DNA from: Eimeria praecox
Taxonomy: Eukaryota
Assembly: GCA_963920595.1 (NCBI GenBank)
Contig: OY986949.1
Coordinates: 496,001 to 560,000 of the forward strand
DNA: 64,000 bases
Direction of reading: 5' to 3'
The notes under the pieces are model-generated. The model was not told the DNA's origin, did not search any database, and saw nothing but the letters and a program-made list of their open reading frames with translations. A program made the position numbers and the translations under genes. Each line of letters opens with the position of its first letter. The stretch's first letter is position 1. Of the stretch, positions 1-12,900 are shown in pieces.

Positions 1-598
1 TGAAATTGAATATAAATATCGATAAAAAAATTAAAAATTAATATTTTTTTCATACAAAACATACTCTGTCGATGCCGACGCGACTCAAGCTCCGATGATG
101 ATTGCTGTATAATATCTTCTTGTTTTATTTTTTGGTTTTTGGAGTTATTTATGTTCTTATAAATCTTAAAATATAACAGAAGAGTAGTAGTTTATCTTTT
201 ATTGCTTATCTAGATACAAAATTATATATATGTATATATATATATATATATATGATTAGACTTGAAGCCTAATTTGCAATTCTTATGTAAATATTTGTAT
301 CTATAAATATATTTAGATAATTATATTTAGATAATTATGTTTAGATATTTATATTTATATGATTATATTTAGATAATTATATATATATATATAATTATAT
401 TTAGATAATTCTATTTAGATAATTTTATTTATATAATTATATGTAGATAAATATATTTAGATAAATATATTTAGGTAATTATATTTAGATAATTATATTT
501 ATATATATATTAATATATATAACCCTTATATCGTTAACTATAACCTTTTAAAAGTATAGGAATATATGCGTACATATATACATATATATACATATACA

Positions 599-640
<42 letters not shown>

Positions 641-746
641 ATGGCCTAGTGTCTTTTCTTTGAGGGTTTTGGTGCTTCTCCAAAAACAAAGTAGAAGAAA
701 AGCAAAAACTATAGAACAATACATTTGTTAGTACCCCAAATAACTA

Positions 747-782
<36 letters not shown>

Positions 783-1172
783 AATATATATATACCTAAA
801 TACATATATTCTTAATAATATATATATTATATTTTATGTATGCTACTAGATATATATAATAAATATATATATTTATATATGTCGAATTTATTTCTATTTT
901 TTCTTAGTCGAAGAAAAACAGGATTTGATTTCCTTGATATAAACAAAACAAATAGATTTACTATTCTAAAGAATAATAAATCTTTTCTTATAAATAATAA
1001 TAAATCGATTATTTAATTAAAATAAATAAATAAAATAAATAATTCAGAATGTAAGTACTTTTCCTCTTTTTATTTATTTTCTATTCTTTGAGTTTGCTGT
1101 TTTGTCTAATCAGCGATTTCACTACAACAATCTTCTAGGTGTTGGTCTGTACACTATATACCGATCTCTAAC

Positions 1173-1221
<49 letters not shown>

Positions 1222-1411
1222 GTATATGTATCAATCAATCTATTATTATTGTACCAATATGTACTTGTCTAGAGGTATATATGTATGTGTACATATATAT
1301 GTATGATATGCATATATATATGATGCTTGTATGATAGATATACGTATGCAGAAGTACGATAGAAAGATGGATAGTATGATATATATATATATAGATATAT
1401 AACCATGTATG

Positions 1412-1452
<41 letters not shown>

Positions 1453-2390
1453 TATATATATATATAATATACAAATATATATATTTATATTAGTATGATA
1501 TAAATATATATATGCACGCATAAAGAGGTAAATATCAGGTATTTTCATGCATATGAATGCACGTGTAATTATAAATAGACATATATATATTCATAGATAT
1601 GTGTATATATATATATATACGAACAAAATAACCTATGTAGATGTTTTTAAATATTTCTACGAATATCTGTCTCAATAAAGCAACTATCACAACAAGACAC
1701 AATCTACATAGATCTAAATCTATTCATATATATATATAAACATATATACTAATCTTATATAAATATAAATATACTTGTGTAAAAATTTATACAGTTTCAT
1801 TCAGCAGGAATATATATATGTATGAAATATATAATAATACATAAATAAGACTGATTAGATACATAGAAGTGAGTAACACACATAAAGTATCCGCGTCTAC
1901 ATACCAAATAAATGCGTAGATTTTTACACACTATGGATATCTGTGTATAAATGTATTGCTCTAAGGAAAAAAGTATAGTTGTTTCATATAAAAGATATTA
2001 AGTTCCTTATATTTTATATAAGGATGGGAATATAAATATATATATATAAATATATATAGCACAAAAATAGAAAAATGGCCAAAAGGAACATTTAACTAAA
2101 ATGAACAGTAAAACCAGAATTAAACAAATGTATATTTAAAAGATAAGAAAAAAATAAATGTGACACATCGAGGTCACAAATTGAAAACAAGAAATTTCCT
2201 GATGAACACTGTAATTAAAAATTTTAGATATTAAATAAAAAATCCTAAACAAGAAAACCAGCCAATGAAAAACCAAGCAGAACAAAATCAAATAAACATT
2301 CAAGAAACATTTACAAAAAACACTAAAATGAATTAATTAAATCACAAATTAAATTTATTCATGAATAAATATATATAAATAAAAATTGTT

Positions 2391-2548
2391 AGCAGCCGCG
2401 CGAACACGAACTGCTGATCAGAAATTCTGCTGTGGAGCCACCCTCTAGGGGCGGGCCTAGCCAATCACAGGCCGCTGAGTGCAATGCGCTGCTCATAGCT
2501 ACGACAGGGTGATGCCGGAGCCACCCCGAGCGCCAGCCAAGTAAGTTT
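2391..2548 (-). ncRNA. U1: U1 spliceosomal snRNA (variant 5' end and stem-loop I loop)
   Basis: Minus strand reads AAACUUACUUG-GCUG-[SL1 GGGGUG/CACCCU]-[SL2 AGCUA..GCAG.CGC AUUGCACUCA GCG..CUGU..UGGCU]-[SL3 CCGCCC CUAGA GGGUGG]-CAGC-AG-AAUUUCUGA-[SL4 AGCAG..GUG UUCG CGC..CUGCU]. It has the U1A-binding loop AUUGCAC, helix H (GCUG/CAGC) closing the four-way junction, an Sm site and a terminal UUCG hairpin. Length is about 158 nt and it forms a GC-rich island in AT-rich flanks. Confidence 0.92.
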
Positions 2549-3333
2549 AATTAACATGGTAGAGTTGGGCCCTACCCTGGGATGATATGAACGGCGAATA
2601 GGTCTTGGGGTGTATAGGCACCTCGTTTTTTTTCGAGGAAAATAAAATGTTGAATTTTTAATTTTTTTGGAATCCATTGGCTTATTTAAGCCCTTTTATA
2701 CCGTGGAAAAATATTTATTTTTTAAAATTGAATTCATTTTAAACTATTTACACACTCGCAAACATGCCGCGAGCACTGCTCACATACGATTCAGAAAGCA
2801 CATTGATCTAATACTATTTTGGCTCCTTTTTCATGGTTTTTTTCATGTTTTTACTTAAAATGGAATTTCCAATCAGATTTTATAGTTTATTTTTATTTAG
2901 GATGTTTTGTTTTAGTAGATCTTCTTCCCCGGATATACTACACGCTCGGACTTAGAGCGAGAGCAGCAGCAGCAGCAGCAGCAGCAGTAGATGTAGTAAG
3001 TGTGCTCTGCTGCTACTAGTATCACAGTCCTAAATCCTTATTAAAACCTTTTTTGGTGTTTATTGAGTTTAATTATTGTTTAGTTTTTCATTTTGTTTAT
3101 TTGGAAGGATATATCTATCGATTTTAACGCCTTTTAGACCCTTGCTTCCCTCTCGTGTCTACTACACTTAGAGAAGAAAAGTCTCACAGCAGGCATTGAG
3201 GCTCATTGAGGTGTAGAGTCAACAGTTTGTACGATTTGTGTATTTATTTATTTTCTTTCTTTAATAGCATATTATTCATCTTTTTCTAAATACGTTAGAT
3301 GGTTGTTGGGCTCGGAGCCTCCTTCAGCTGCTC

Positions 3334-3371
<38 letters not shown>

Positions 3372-3561
3372 AAGTAACAGACGACAGACAGCAGCAGCTA
3401 TTTATCGAGTAGTGTTTCTTGTTCTGTTTGTTGGACGTTGTCTGGGGTATATCAACTGCAGAATTGTTAAAACTGATGTGGAATAGATGTATATATTCAT
3501 ATCCTTTCGGGTTTAATTCAGGTGTATCTACAGTATCTACCTGTTATACTCCTCTATTCCT

Positions 3562-4491
3562 ATGAGGGGGAAGACGCAGCAACGAGATACCTCTCAACTA
3601 GCGAAGGGGTTGAGCTTTCGGTCCCCCTGTGCTTCTCCAGAGGGGCCCCGAGTGCCCTCTGGGGGCCCCCCTTTGGGTGGAAGGGGGCCCCCCTGCACAT
3701 ACACCCGAGTTGTGGAGAGCGACGAGCCTCTGTTGCTGAATTGTAGGCTCAAAGGGAAGTCTTCTAAGGGGGCCAGGGACCCCGTAAGGGTGCTGTCTAT
3801 ACACCCGAAGTGGCAGAGACGTTTGCCTTTGTTGCTTCTTCTTACGAGTGTTGGTGCTGTTCTCTTGTTATTTGCTTATTGGTTCTACTCTTTCTTGTCT
3901 GTACTTCAAAATAATATAAATAATGCTGCGTCTTCATCTTCTTCTTCTTCTTCTTCTTCTTTAGGACCTTCCAGGGGCCCCATAGGCTTAACATACCCCC
4001 TACCAGGGGCCCCCTCACTTGCTTCATTTGACAGCAGCAGCAGGAGCAGCAGCAGCAGCAGCAAGCACCAACAGCTGACATTAGGTTTATCGCATTTCTT
4101 CAGTGAAGCAGACAGCAACATGAGAGACTATCTAGGAGGACTGGGTACCCTGGAGGGCCCCCTGGAGGGCCCCTTGGGGGGCCCCCTAGGGGGCCCCTTG
4201 GGGGGCCCTCTGGAGGGCCCCTTTGGGGGGCCCTTGGGGTGGCCCTTAGGGGGGCCCTTGGGGGGCCCCCAGGGGGCCCCCCCACGTCGGCTTCAAAATG
4301 TTGTTAGTATAGGCCCCCCTGATGGTTATACAGGGTTCGATCCTCAGAATATGTGGGAGGCTTTTAAGGAGGCGCCGCAAGATTATTTATTATTATTTTG
4401 GTTTGTATTAAATATATTTCTCTTAGGTTGTTTCTGTAGTTGGCTATGTACACAGAGAAGCTATCAGAAAGCTGTAGTTGTTTCTCCTTAA
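3562..4491 (+). CDS. Hypothetical membrane protein, 309 aa, two predicted TM segments and a GGPL/EGPL repeat
   Basis: ATG-to-TAA single ORF of mostly non-repetitive sequence. Hydrophobic stretches LLLLLTSVGAVLLLFAYWFYSFLSVL and YLLLFWFVLNIFLLGCFCSWLC. No family recognised. Confidence 0.6.
   Translation: MRGKTQQRDTSQLAKGLSFRSPCASPEGPRVPSGGPPLGGRGPPCTYTRVVESDEPLLLNCRLKGKSSKGARDPVRVLSIHPKWQRRLPLLLLLTSVGAVLLLFAYWFYSFLSVLQNNINNAASSSSSSSSSSLGPSRGPIGLTYPLPGAPSLASFDSSSRSSSSSSKHQQLTLGLSHFFSEADSNMRDYLGGLGTLEGPLEGPLGGPLGGPLGGPLEGPFGGPLGWPLGGPLGGPQGAPPRRLQNVVSIGPPDGYTGFDPQNMWEAFKEAPQDYLLLFWFVLNIFLLGCFCSWLCTQRSYQKAVVVSP
4150..4283 (+). repeat. 12-bp GC-rich coding minisatellite (approx. YTRGRGGGCCCC, about 11 units)
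   Basis: Units such as ctggagggcccc / ttggggggcccc / ctagggggcccc, translated as LEGP/LGGP repeats in ORF 3562-4491. Confidence 0.85.
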
Positions 4492-4590
4492 TTTTATTTT
4501 CTATGAATGTATGTTCTTAACATTCTAACTCTTTTTATTTTATTTAATATATTTAAATACTTTTAGACTGCCCTATAGACAGACTAAATT

Positions 4591-4655
<65 letters not shown>

Positions 4656-4893
4656 CAGGAACATGCTAGGTGTTCCTCTATACTACTGACCTTCAATGTT
4701 AGACAAGTAACAGAAAATGAGGGTGTCTTGCTGCTGTTGCTGCTGCTACTGCTGCTGCCGCTACTGCTGCTGCTGTTGCTGCTGCTGCTGTTGCTAGGTT
4801 GTGTTTAAGAAGGAGAAGTAGATAGATGTAGCAGAAGTCGTCAGGCTGAGCTATCTCTATCTCTTCAACTATATATTTATTTATCTATCTCCA

Positions 4894-4936
<43 letters not shown>

Positions 4937-4963
4937 ACGTAGGTGGATAGATAGATTTATATG

Positions 4964-5002
<39 letters not shown>

Positions 5003-5280
5003 GATAGATGTAGGTGAAGAGACAGATATAGGCAAATACTTGAACACAAACGAAGAGTAGGAGGAAGGCATAGCTGTCATATCTATAAAGACAAACTTAG
5101 TATGCATCTACTTATATGTATATGTATATATATATATATATTGTTTATTTATTTATTGTATTAATATTATTTATTTGTTTATTTATTTATTTAATTATTA
5201 TTAGATGCGCGTGTATAATAGACTTGCATGTATATAATATTTGTATATATGTACGTACATATAATATACATATATAAAAT

Positions 5281-5311
<31 letters not shown>

Positions 5312-5478
5312 TATATTTATTTTATTTTATTTTATTTTATTTATGTTATTTATTATTATATATACGTAGCCAAGACAAGTACAAAGACAGAGTACGTGTT
5401 TCTGTTCTTCTGTCTTTGTTTTTTTTTGTTTCTTTCTCTTTCTCTGTTTGTTTCTCTCAAATATCTTCTTCTTTTATG

Positions 5479-5509
<31 letters not shown>

Positions 5510-5641
5510 TTTATTTTTATTTTTATTTTTATTTTTATTTTTATTTTTATTTTTATTTTTAATTTTATTTTTATTTTTATTTTATGTTTTTATTTTTATT
5601 TTTATTTTTATTTTTATTTTTATTTTATGTTTTTATTTTTA

Positions 5642-5672
<31 letters not shown>

Positions 5673-5816
5673 TTTATTTTGTGTTTATCTTTTTCTATTT
5701 TTTTGTTTTTGTTTTCTTTTCTGTTTGTTTTCTTCGCGTTTGTTTGTTTGGGAGATTCTTACGTACTTAGAGTAACAAGCTCAGATACTTGTATGCATAT
5801 ATACGTAGATCCATAC

Positions 5817-5855
<39 letters not shown>

Positions 5856-5906
5856 TATATATATAAATATATATATTTATACATATATATAATTATGTAT
5901 GTGTAC

Positions 5907-6016
<110 letters not shown>

Positions 6017-6082
6017 TATAGTATATGTATGAATATATATATAGTTCCATATACACATATGCATATCATGTATGCATCCCTG

Positions 6083-6133
<51 letters not shown>

Positions 6134-6233
6134 GTAAATTTATATATGTACATATATATATTATCTATATATCTATATATCTATATATCTATATATCTAT
6201 ATAGATATCTATATCTATATATATCTATATATA

Positions 6234-6297
<64 letters not shown>

Positions 6298-6441
6298 CTT
6301 GTTCAGGTACATGTTTTTACTTTCTCAGTTAAGTACAGGAGACATTTCTCTGTGCGCGCGTCTTTTATACATCTAAAGAAGGAAATAAAGTTAGATAGTG
6401 TATATAATATATATACATATATATATACATATATATTTATA

Positions 6442-6478
<37 letters not shown>

Positions 6479-6574
6479 GATATATATGCTTATTTATGTT
6501 GATCATGTAGCTTCTCTGTACAGATATGTACATGTATGTTTACAGTGTATAGATCTATATATAAATGGATATAG

Positions 6575-6631
<57 letters not shown>

Positions 6632-6648
6632 GATAGATTTATTTATAT

Positions 6649-6693
<45 letters not shown>

Positions 6694-7388
6694 CCTTTAC
6701 ATCTGTTTAATATATATCTATATATCTCTCTATATATTTATGTATATATATCTATCTATATAAATATAGATATATAGATATATGTGTACAGAAACTAGTA
6801 AATGTTTACATATGTATGTTATGACGTTGCGTAGCCTCCCCCATGGTATGGCAGCTTAGAAAATATTTGTTTTAATAATAAAAAATAATAATACCTAATA
6901 ACTATTTTAATAATATTAATAATATAATAATATAATATAATTTGTATTGTTTTCATGATAAATATAATAATATAATTATTGTTTTTATAATAATTATAAT
7001 AATTGTATAATATATTCACTATTTTTATTATAATAATAATGATAGTATAATATAATTATTGTTTTTATAATAATATAAATAGTACGGTATTGTATAATTA
7101 TTATTGCTCCTATAAGAATAATAATATAATAATATTTTTAAATAAGAATAATATAATAATAATAATAATAATAATTATTATTATTATTATTATAATTATT
7201 ATCTGCTGCTTCATACTAAGACAGATTAATATAAATGTTTCTACGTTTGTCTTTGAATATAATTTGTTTCTTTTATTTGTTTAATATTATTTATTTAGTT
7301 TGTCTCTCAAATATAATTTGTTTATTTTATATTAATTATATTCTCTACTTAGTCCATCTACTCACAAACACTCATACACCCTAGACTC

Positions 7389-7440
<52 letters not shown>

Positions 7441-7519
7441 TCTTTGACAATATATAAACATATATTAGAGATATTTATAGATGTCCTTAGAGACATGCAT
7501 TGCTCGTAGATATACAGAC

Positions 7520-7559
<40 letters not shown>

Positions 7560-7660
7560 TACAGCTCTCTACATGTACAGATATAAACACCCTTTGCGCT
7601 TATCCTTGTTTTTAACATGTTAAACTAAATACATAATCGTGTTGATATACACACACACAC

Positions 7661-7707
<47 letters not shown>

Positions 7708-8281
7708 ACGCTACTCAACATATACTTGGGTCTCTCTATACATAACATAGATAAATACAAATAAATTAGAATGATAAAGAGCAAATTAAATATACATTTA
7801 TATAAATGAATAAATTAAATAAACATTTATACGCGTTGATAGACAAACTTCTGCGATTCTTCTGTAGTTCTTTTTGTTTATATAATAATTTTAGGGTTTA
7901 AGGTTGTTTCAGGTGTATAGGCAACTCTCTTTATACTGCTAACAACTCAGCCGTTTCTTCTTTGTTGTATTTTGTTTTGTTTTTAAAATATTTAAATCTT
8001 TTCTTTTTAATTAAATACATAAACAATTAACATACTCAACCTCAATATTACAGAATATCTAAAACAAACAAACAAATAAACAACCCCACATCCTCCCCCA
8101 ACACTCATATTTTTATTATTTGTTTGTTTGTAAACAAATAAATAAACACTAAATATTAAATTCGCCTCTAAACAAATATTTAACTCCTTCAAACATATCT
8201 TCTCTATACCGCCAAACCCTAACAAAACCCTTCTTAACTATCCACACGAGAAATACTATATAGCACATAAGAAATGTATAC

Positions 8282-8343
8282 AGCTAGCTAGCTACATCTA
8301 GCTAGCTACATCTAGCTAGCTACATCTAGCTAGCTACAGCTAG
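8282..8343. repeat. 14-bp tandem repeat (CTAGCTAGCTACAT), about 4 copies
   Basis: Directly visible tandem units. Confidence 0.8.
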
Positions 8344-8426
8344 AGGGAAGAGGTATACAGCTACGCTCCTACATCTAATTGTTGTGCTTACAGAAGAAAC
8401 ATAAACTAACAGGCAAACACCGATAT

Positions 8427-8987
8427 GCATGCAATGGAGTCCCTTTTCATTGTATTTTTAAAATTATATTATATTCAAAACAATATAATCTGTCTATTTT
8501 TAAAAACATAAATATTTCTACACTTGTCGCGACCTGCACATACACCTCAGATACTCGCCTCCCCTACCGATCCCGAGGCAATGCCGCTCACCCAGCACAT
8601 GAATATACGAAATAAATATTTTTTTTTAAATATTTAATAAATATTTAAACATAAATATTTAAAATAATTTTATTTTTAAAGATAAAATCGCATATTAACA
8701 ACCAATCAACAACACACAACACCACACGCTCATGCTCGCTACGCGCTGTCGCGCGAGCACGCACCGTCAACAAGCCTCTGCAGCTTCTCTGAGGGTGTTT
8801 CTGAGTATAAAAGAACGCAAATATAAATAAAATACAAATAAATATAAATAAATATAAATAAATATAAATATATATCTGCAAGAAAAACAATTCAACTCCA
8901 GAAAACAACTGATCTTGTGTCTGCTGCAGCGGCCTGCTGTACAGAGTGGAGGCGATGGTGCGAGCGCGTGCATGCGAAGCGAGATAT

Positions 8988-9023
<36 letters not shown>

Positions 9024-9383
9024 CAGGTTGCTCTGCTGCTGCTGTTGCTGCAGCATGTAGATGCAGCATGCATACACAACGAAAGCCCCTTTGCTGCATG
9101 CATGCAGCAATAAGGGAGACGATTACAACACACCTCCTTCTCTACACAGCTTGCATACACATAGAAATATGTTTATACCGACACACAACAATGCATTCTA
9201 CACACCTGCGCAGACACCGGGGAAGGACGAGCTGCAGCTGCCAACGCTGATGTAGAAACAAATCCTACGCTTTAGAAGATGATTAGTATCACTCTTAAAT
9301 AAAAAACAGCTAGCTGATCGTCGCCTCTTATCTCGAGGCACCTCGAGCACACAGAAATAAATATATGGGACTGGTGCAGAGAC

Positions 9384-9467
<84 letters not shown>

Positions 9468-9993
9468 TGGAGGCGCCCGTCTTTGAGTATGCAGCGTACC
9501 TTGCCGCACCTCTTGCTGCAGTTTCTGCTATGAGACAATCGCACATGAAGGAGAAATCCAGACTCCTTTTGGATGCATGCGCATGCACTGCAGGCAATTG
9601 TTAGGTACAACGTTTACCCTCAGTAGCAAGTGTGAGTGTAAGTAGGATCAGCTGGCGAAGGGACAGGCTACATCTGGGCACCTCGCATCCCTCTTCGCTC
9701 AAGCATCGAGAGCCCCCGCGTGCCGCGTGCCTCTGTAACGAGAGGAGCCCTCCATCGTAGCCGAGAAAGGTTCTGAGCTACAACAGAGTCAAACAGCTAA
9801 AGAAAGAGTTCGAAAAAAAACGGCTGACATTCTCTCCAGTTTCCACGCCACACTAGTCACAGCGGCTCAAGGTTGTGGGGTTGCTGAGGCCACATGCCGG
9901 GCTGTTTATAAGTTGCACCGTACCTTGCTGCAGCTAATGCTGCAAGTCAGCCGCACATACACGCACAACCAATCCATCCCTTTGCTGCATGCA
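8427..9993. promoter_or_regulatory. Cluster of TGCATGCA/GCATGC palindromic motifs (apicomplexan AP2-type element)
   Basis: Copies near 8427, 8970, 9067, 9095, 9574-9587 and 9986; others near 11897, 14588, 35320 (tandem), 39627-40017 and 51706. TGCATGCA is a known over-represented apicomplexan motif. Function at these sites is not shown. Confidence 0.45.
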
Positions 9994-12900
9994 CTAACAT
10001 CGTAGACTGCCGCGATCCTCCATTATCGGCCTGCGTGTAGGTAGAGGTACAAGTAGCAGCACTGCGCAGTGTATGATACAGCCTTGTTGGTAACCTACGA
10101 ATGAGCAGAAGGAGGGTAGGAGAGGGGGGCTTGAGAGGGGCGAGAGGCCTTTACAAGGAAGGGCGAAACCAGCGTAGTGGAGCAGCGCCATGCGGCGTCT
10201 CTGGTGGGCTTCCTTCTAGTCTTCAGTGTCGTTCGTTGCTGATATAGGAGCCAACAACAGCATCACTTGTCTCAGGCACATAGTGCTGTAGCAGCTGCGC
10301 CAGATATATGAAAGCCTACCGTTGCTGTGGAGGCAACAGGCCCTCCTGCTGCTTGTGATTGCAGTGGCTGCTACGGGGATTTGCTGCTGCCGCCGCACCT
10401 GCTGCAGCAGCAGCCCGTGATGCCTTAGCAGACTGCTTGTTTCTCGTGCTTTATTTCTTGCGTCTCTTGCTGCTACAACTGCTACTGCTGCTACATCTCT
10501 GCTCTCTGAGGTATATTCAGAATTACAGCAAAAAGGTCCCCCTGCACTGTCTCTCAGTGTATCGGAAGCGGCGCCTGCTGGCCAGTTGCTGTGAGTTTTG
10601 TTGCTCACGCTATGTCTTCTGCAACCAAAGTTGTTGGTGTTGTTGACCCTCGGGCTAGAACGAATCCGCCCTCTCCTCATGCCTCTTTGACAACTCGTCT
10701 GGTGCTGCTGGGCTACTGCTGCTACAGCTTCGCTCCTCGGTTTCGGGGCCTCCATGCAATTTCCGCTTCCCTTCTCTTGCTTGGTACTGCAGAGTCTAGC
10801 GAACAAGCTAGAAAATCAGAAACTCCTGACACAAAAGATAAACTTTGAGCCTGTTAGCGCTCCCAGCGACTTTCAGGAGGGAGACTGCCGCCTTCCCACT
10901 TTGAAAAAAGATTGAGAGAACTGCCCCGATCGAAGCCTCTGCGAGAAATGCCTTTTAAAGGAGACAGCTGTGGGATGAGAGAACGGAGAAATCCAAAGGG
11001 GATAAACTAAGAAAGCCTACTCAACTCCCAGCACCACACACAGCTCGCAAGCCTGAGGACTTCATTTTATCACACCACTTCCTCTATTGTGAGCAACTAT
11101 TTGTACTGTCTTGACAACACCGCTAAAGCTCTACTCTCCGAAATACAGAAAACTGTAGCAAGGCAAGGATAGTACAAGGGGGAGCTCTTCGCCCTACTAT
11201 GCGTAATCATGCTGTTCGTCGGGTGTTAACTGGATTAGTCTCCTCAAAACTGCGGTGTTCGTAAAATGTTTTCATACATTTCCAACGGCGCCTGCTCATT
11301 GTGTTGGATGATCCTGTCTTCTTTGTTTTGGGGAGACCGATCTCATTCCTATCTTAGAGTAGAGGAAGCAAATGCTGATAGGATATCTGAGGTGTGCATT
11401 TCTCCGTTGATTCCCCGAACCTACACGCCAGTAGCATCTTTCGGGCGATCTCACATCGCGCCTCCACCGAATCAGTCACAGCATAACTAGGGCTATTGTG
11501 TGTTGAACTGTTCAAACGTAAAGCCTACATATCATTATAAAGTGACTCCAGAATTGTAAGCCTATAAGCTTGCCGATTCTCTTGCCCTATCTATAATAAG
11601 TGAAGGGTAGTCTCAGAGGCTGTGCCATCAGATAGACGGCTAGTTAAGTAGAATTTCAGTGTAGTGACAGTTACAACGGCAAGCCTGGAAGTTTTGCGGT
11701 AGTTGTTCAGTCTTCCCTGCAACATGGTTTGTAGGAAGTTGGTACGTGCACTGTTATTTGTATGCAGGTTGCCTACTAGGGGCAAATATGTATTTAGGTA
11801 TTTAACGGGTGTTTACACTAGAGTATACGATGCTAGCACGTGTAAGGAAAGGGGGATTGGCTGTTCTTGCGCATGCATCAAAAGGGATATTAGTTTTGCA
11901 TGCACGCCGGCTTGCTTTGTTGGAGTTGTTGCAGGCAGTCGCGCTGCAGCACATGGCATGCCTACTCCTCTCCCCTCCAGCCCCACGTCCTTGGGCTGCT
12001 GTAAGCAGGACATCTGGAAGAGAGAAAGCCAGCTACATCTTCTGCAACTCTTTAGGAGCTTCTGTTTGAGATTTTTTCCAAGTTAAATTCTCAACTCATA
12101 CCCTTCCCAAGTGTTGTTGTATTTTAGATTGCGATGAGAAGGCATGGATAGCTAGCTCGCCAGGGCAAGTAAGTTCGCTTTGGGTCCTCCGAAGATGTCC
12201 CCCGGGGGCTTGCTAAGTGTAAATAGCTAGAGATCACTCCGATTTAAGGGAATATTTTGTTTTGATAAAGTAATGTTTATTATCACAGTAGACAGAAAAG
12301 ACAGAATAGAATGACTGACGGAGCACTCACACGCACCGACTCTTCTCGCCTGCTATTTATCTTCCTTTCCAATCCTTTGTCAGCCCATCCTATGAGGGGG
12401 CTCTGAAACCCACCTTAACTCATTAGGAGAAATGGTTCTGCGATGGGGTTGTCGTGCGGGGGAGGCCTCAAGTTGCGGAGAGCAAGCTGTAGAAAGTTTA
12501 GAGAGCTACCGGTTACCGTTTGTACAGCCGGTGGTGGGGCTGAAGCTCACTCTCTGTGGGTTCTGATGTCCCTCGAAACCCCCTTAGTTGTTATATGGAG
12601 GGGAGTTATTCATAGTAAGTTGCGCCTTTTCGCTGTAGCTTCAGATATCATATCTACCTCTCAGCCTATGCTGACTGGTGCTAACAATTCCTGAATATAA
12701 TTCTGAACTTGGATAGTGCAAAGTTCACTCGAGGTGGATTTGCAGGAGCACTTACTACATTCTTTGTGCTCTTCTTTGCTTCGCACGTTGAGTAGAGGCA
12801 AGTGCACGTCTTGTATATCTTTGCTGATTCCCCTTCCAGCGTCTCTGAATGTCTTATCCTCCAGTTTAAAACTCTTTTAGTGCTCCTGCAAGCGTTAATT

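Noticed and set aside
646..733. Possible minus-strand terminal exon FLLFFYFVFGEAPKPSKKRH* (KKxx-like end) with a TACTAAC branch-like sequence upstream of an AG
   Set aside because: No upstream exons could be linked; 63 nt is too short to exclude chance.
2465..2677. 70-aa minus-strand ORF
   Set aside because: Overlaps the U1 snRNA and its upstream region; the RNA structure explains the sequence better.
10216..10806. 196-aa minus-strand ORF
   Set aside because: Non-ATG start, no recognisable domain and no supported splice partners.
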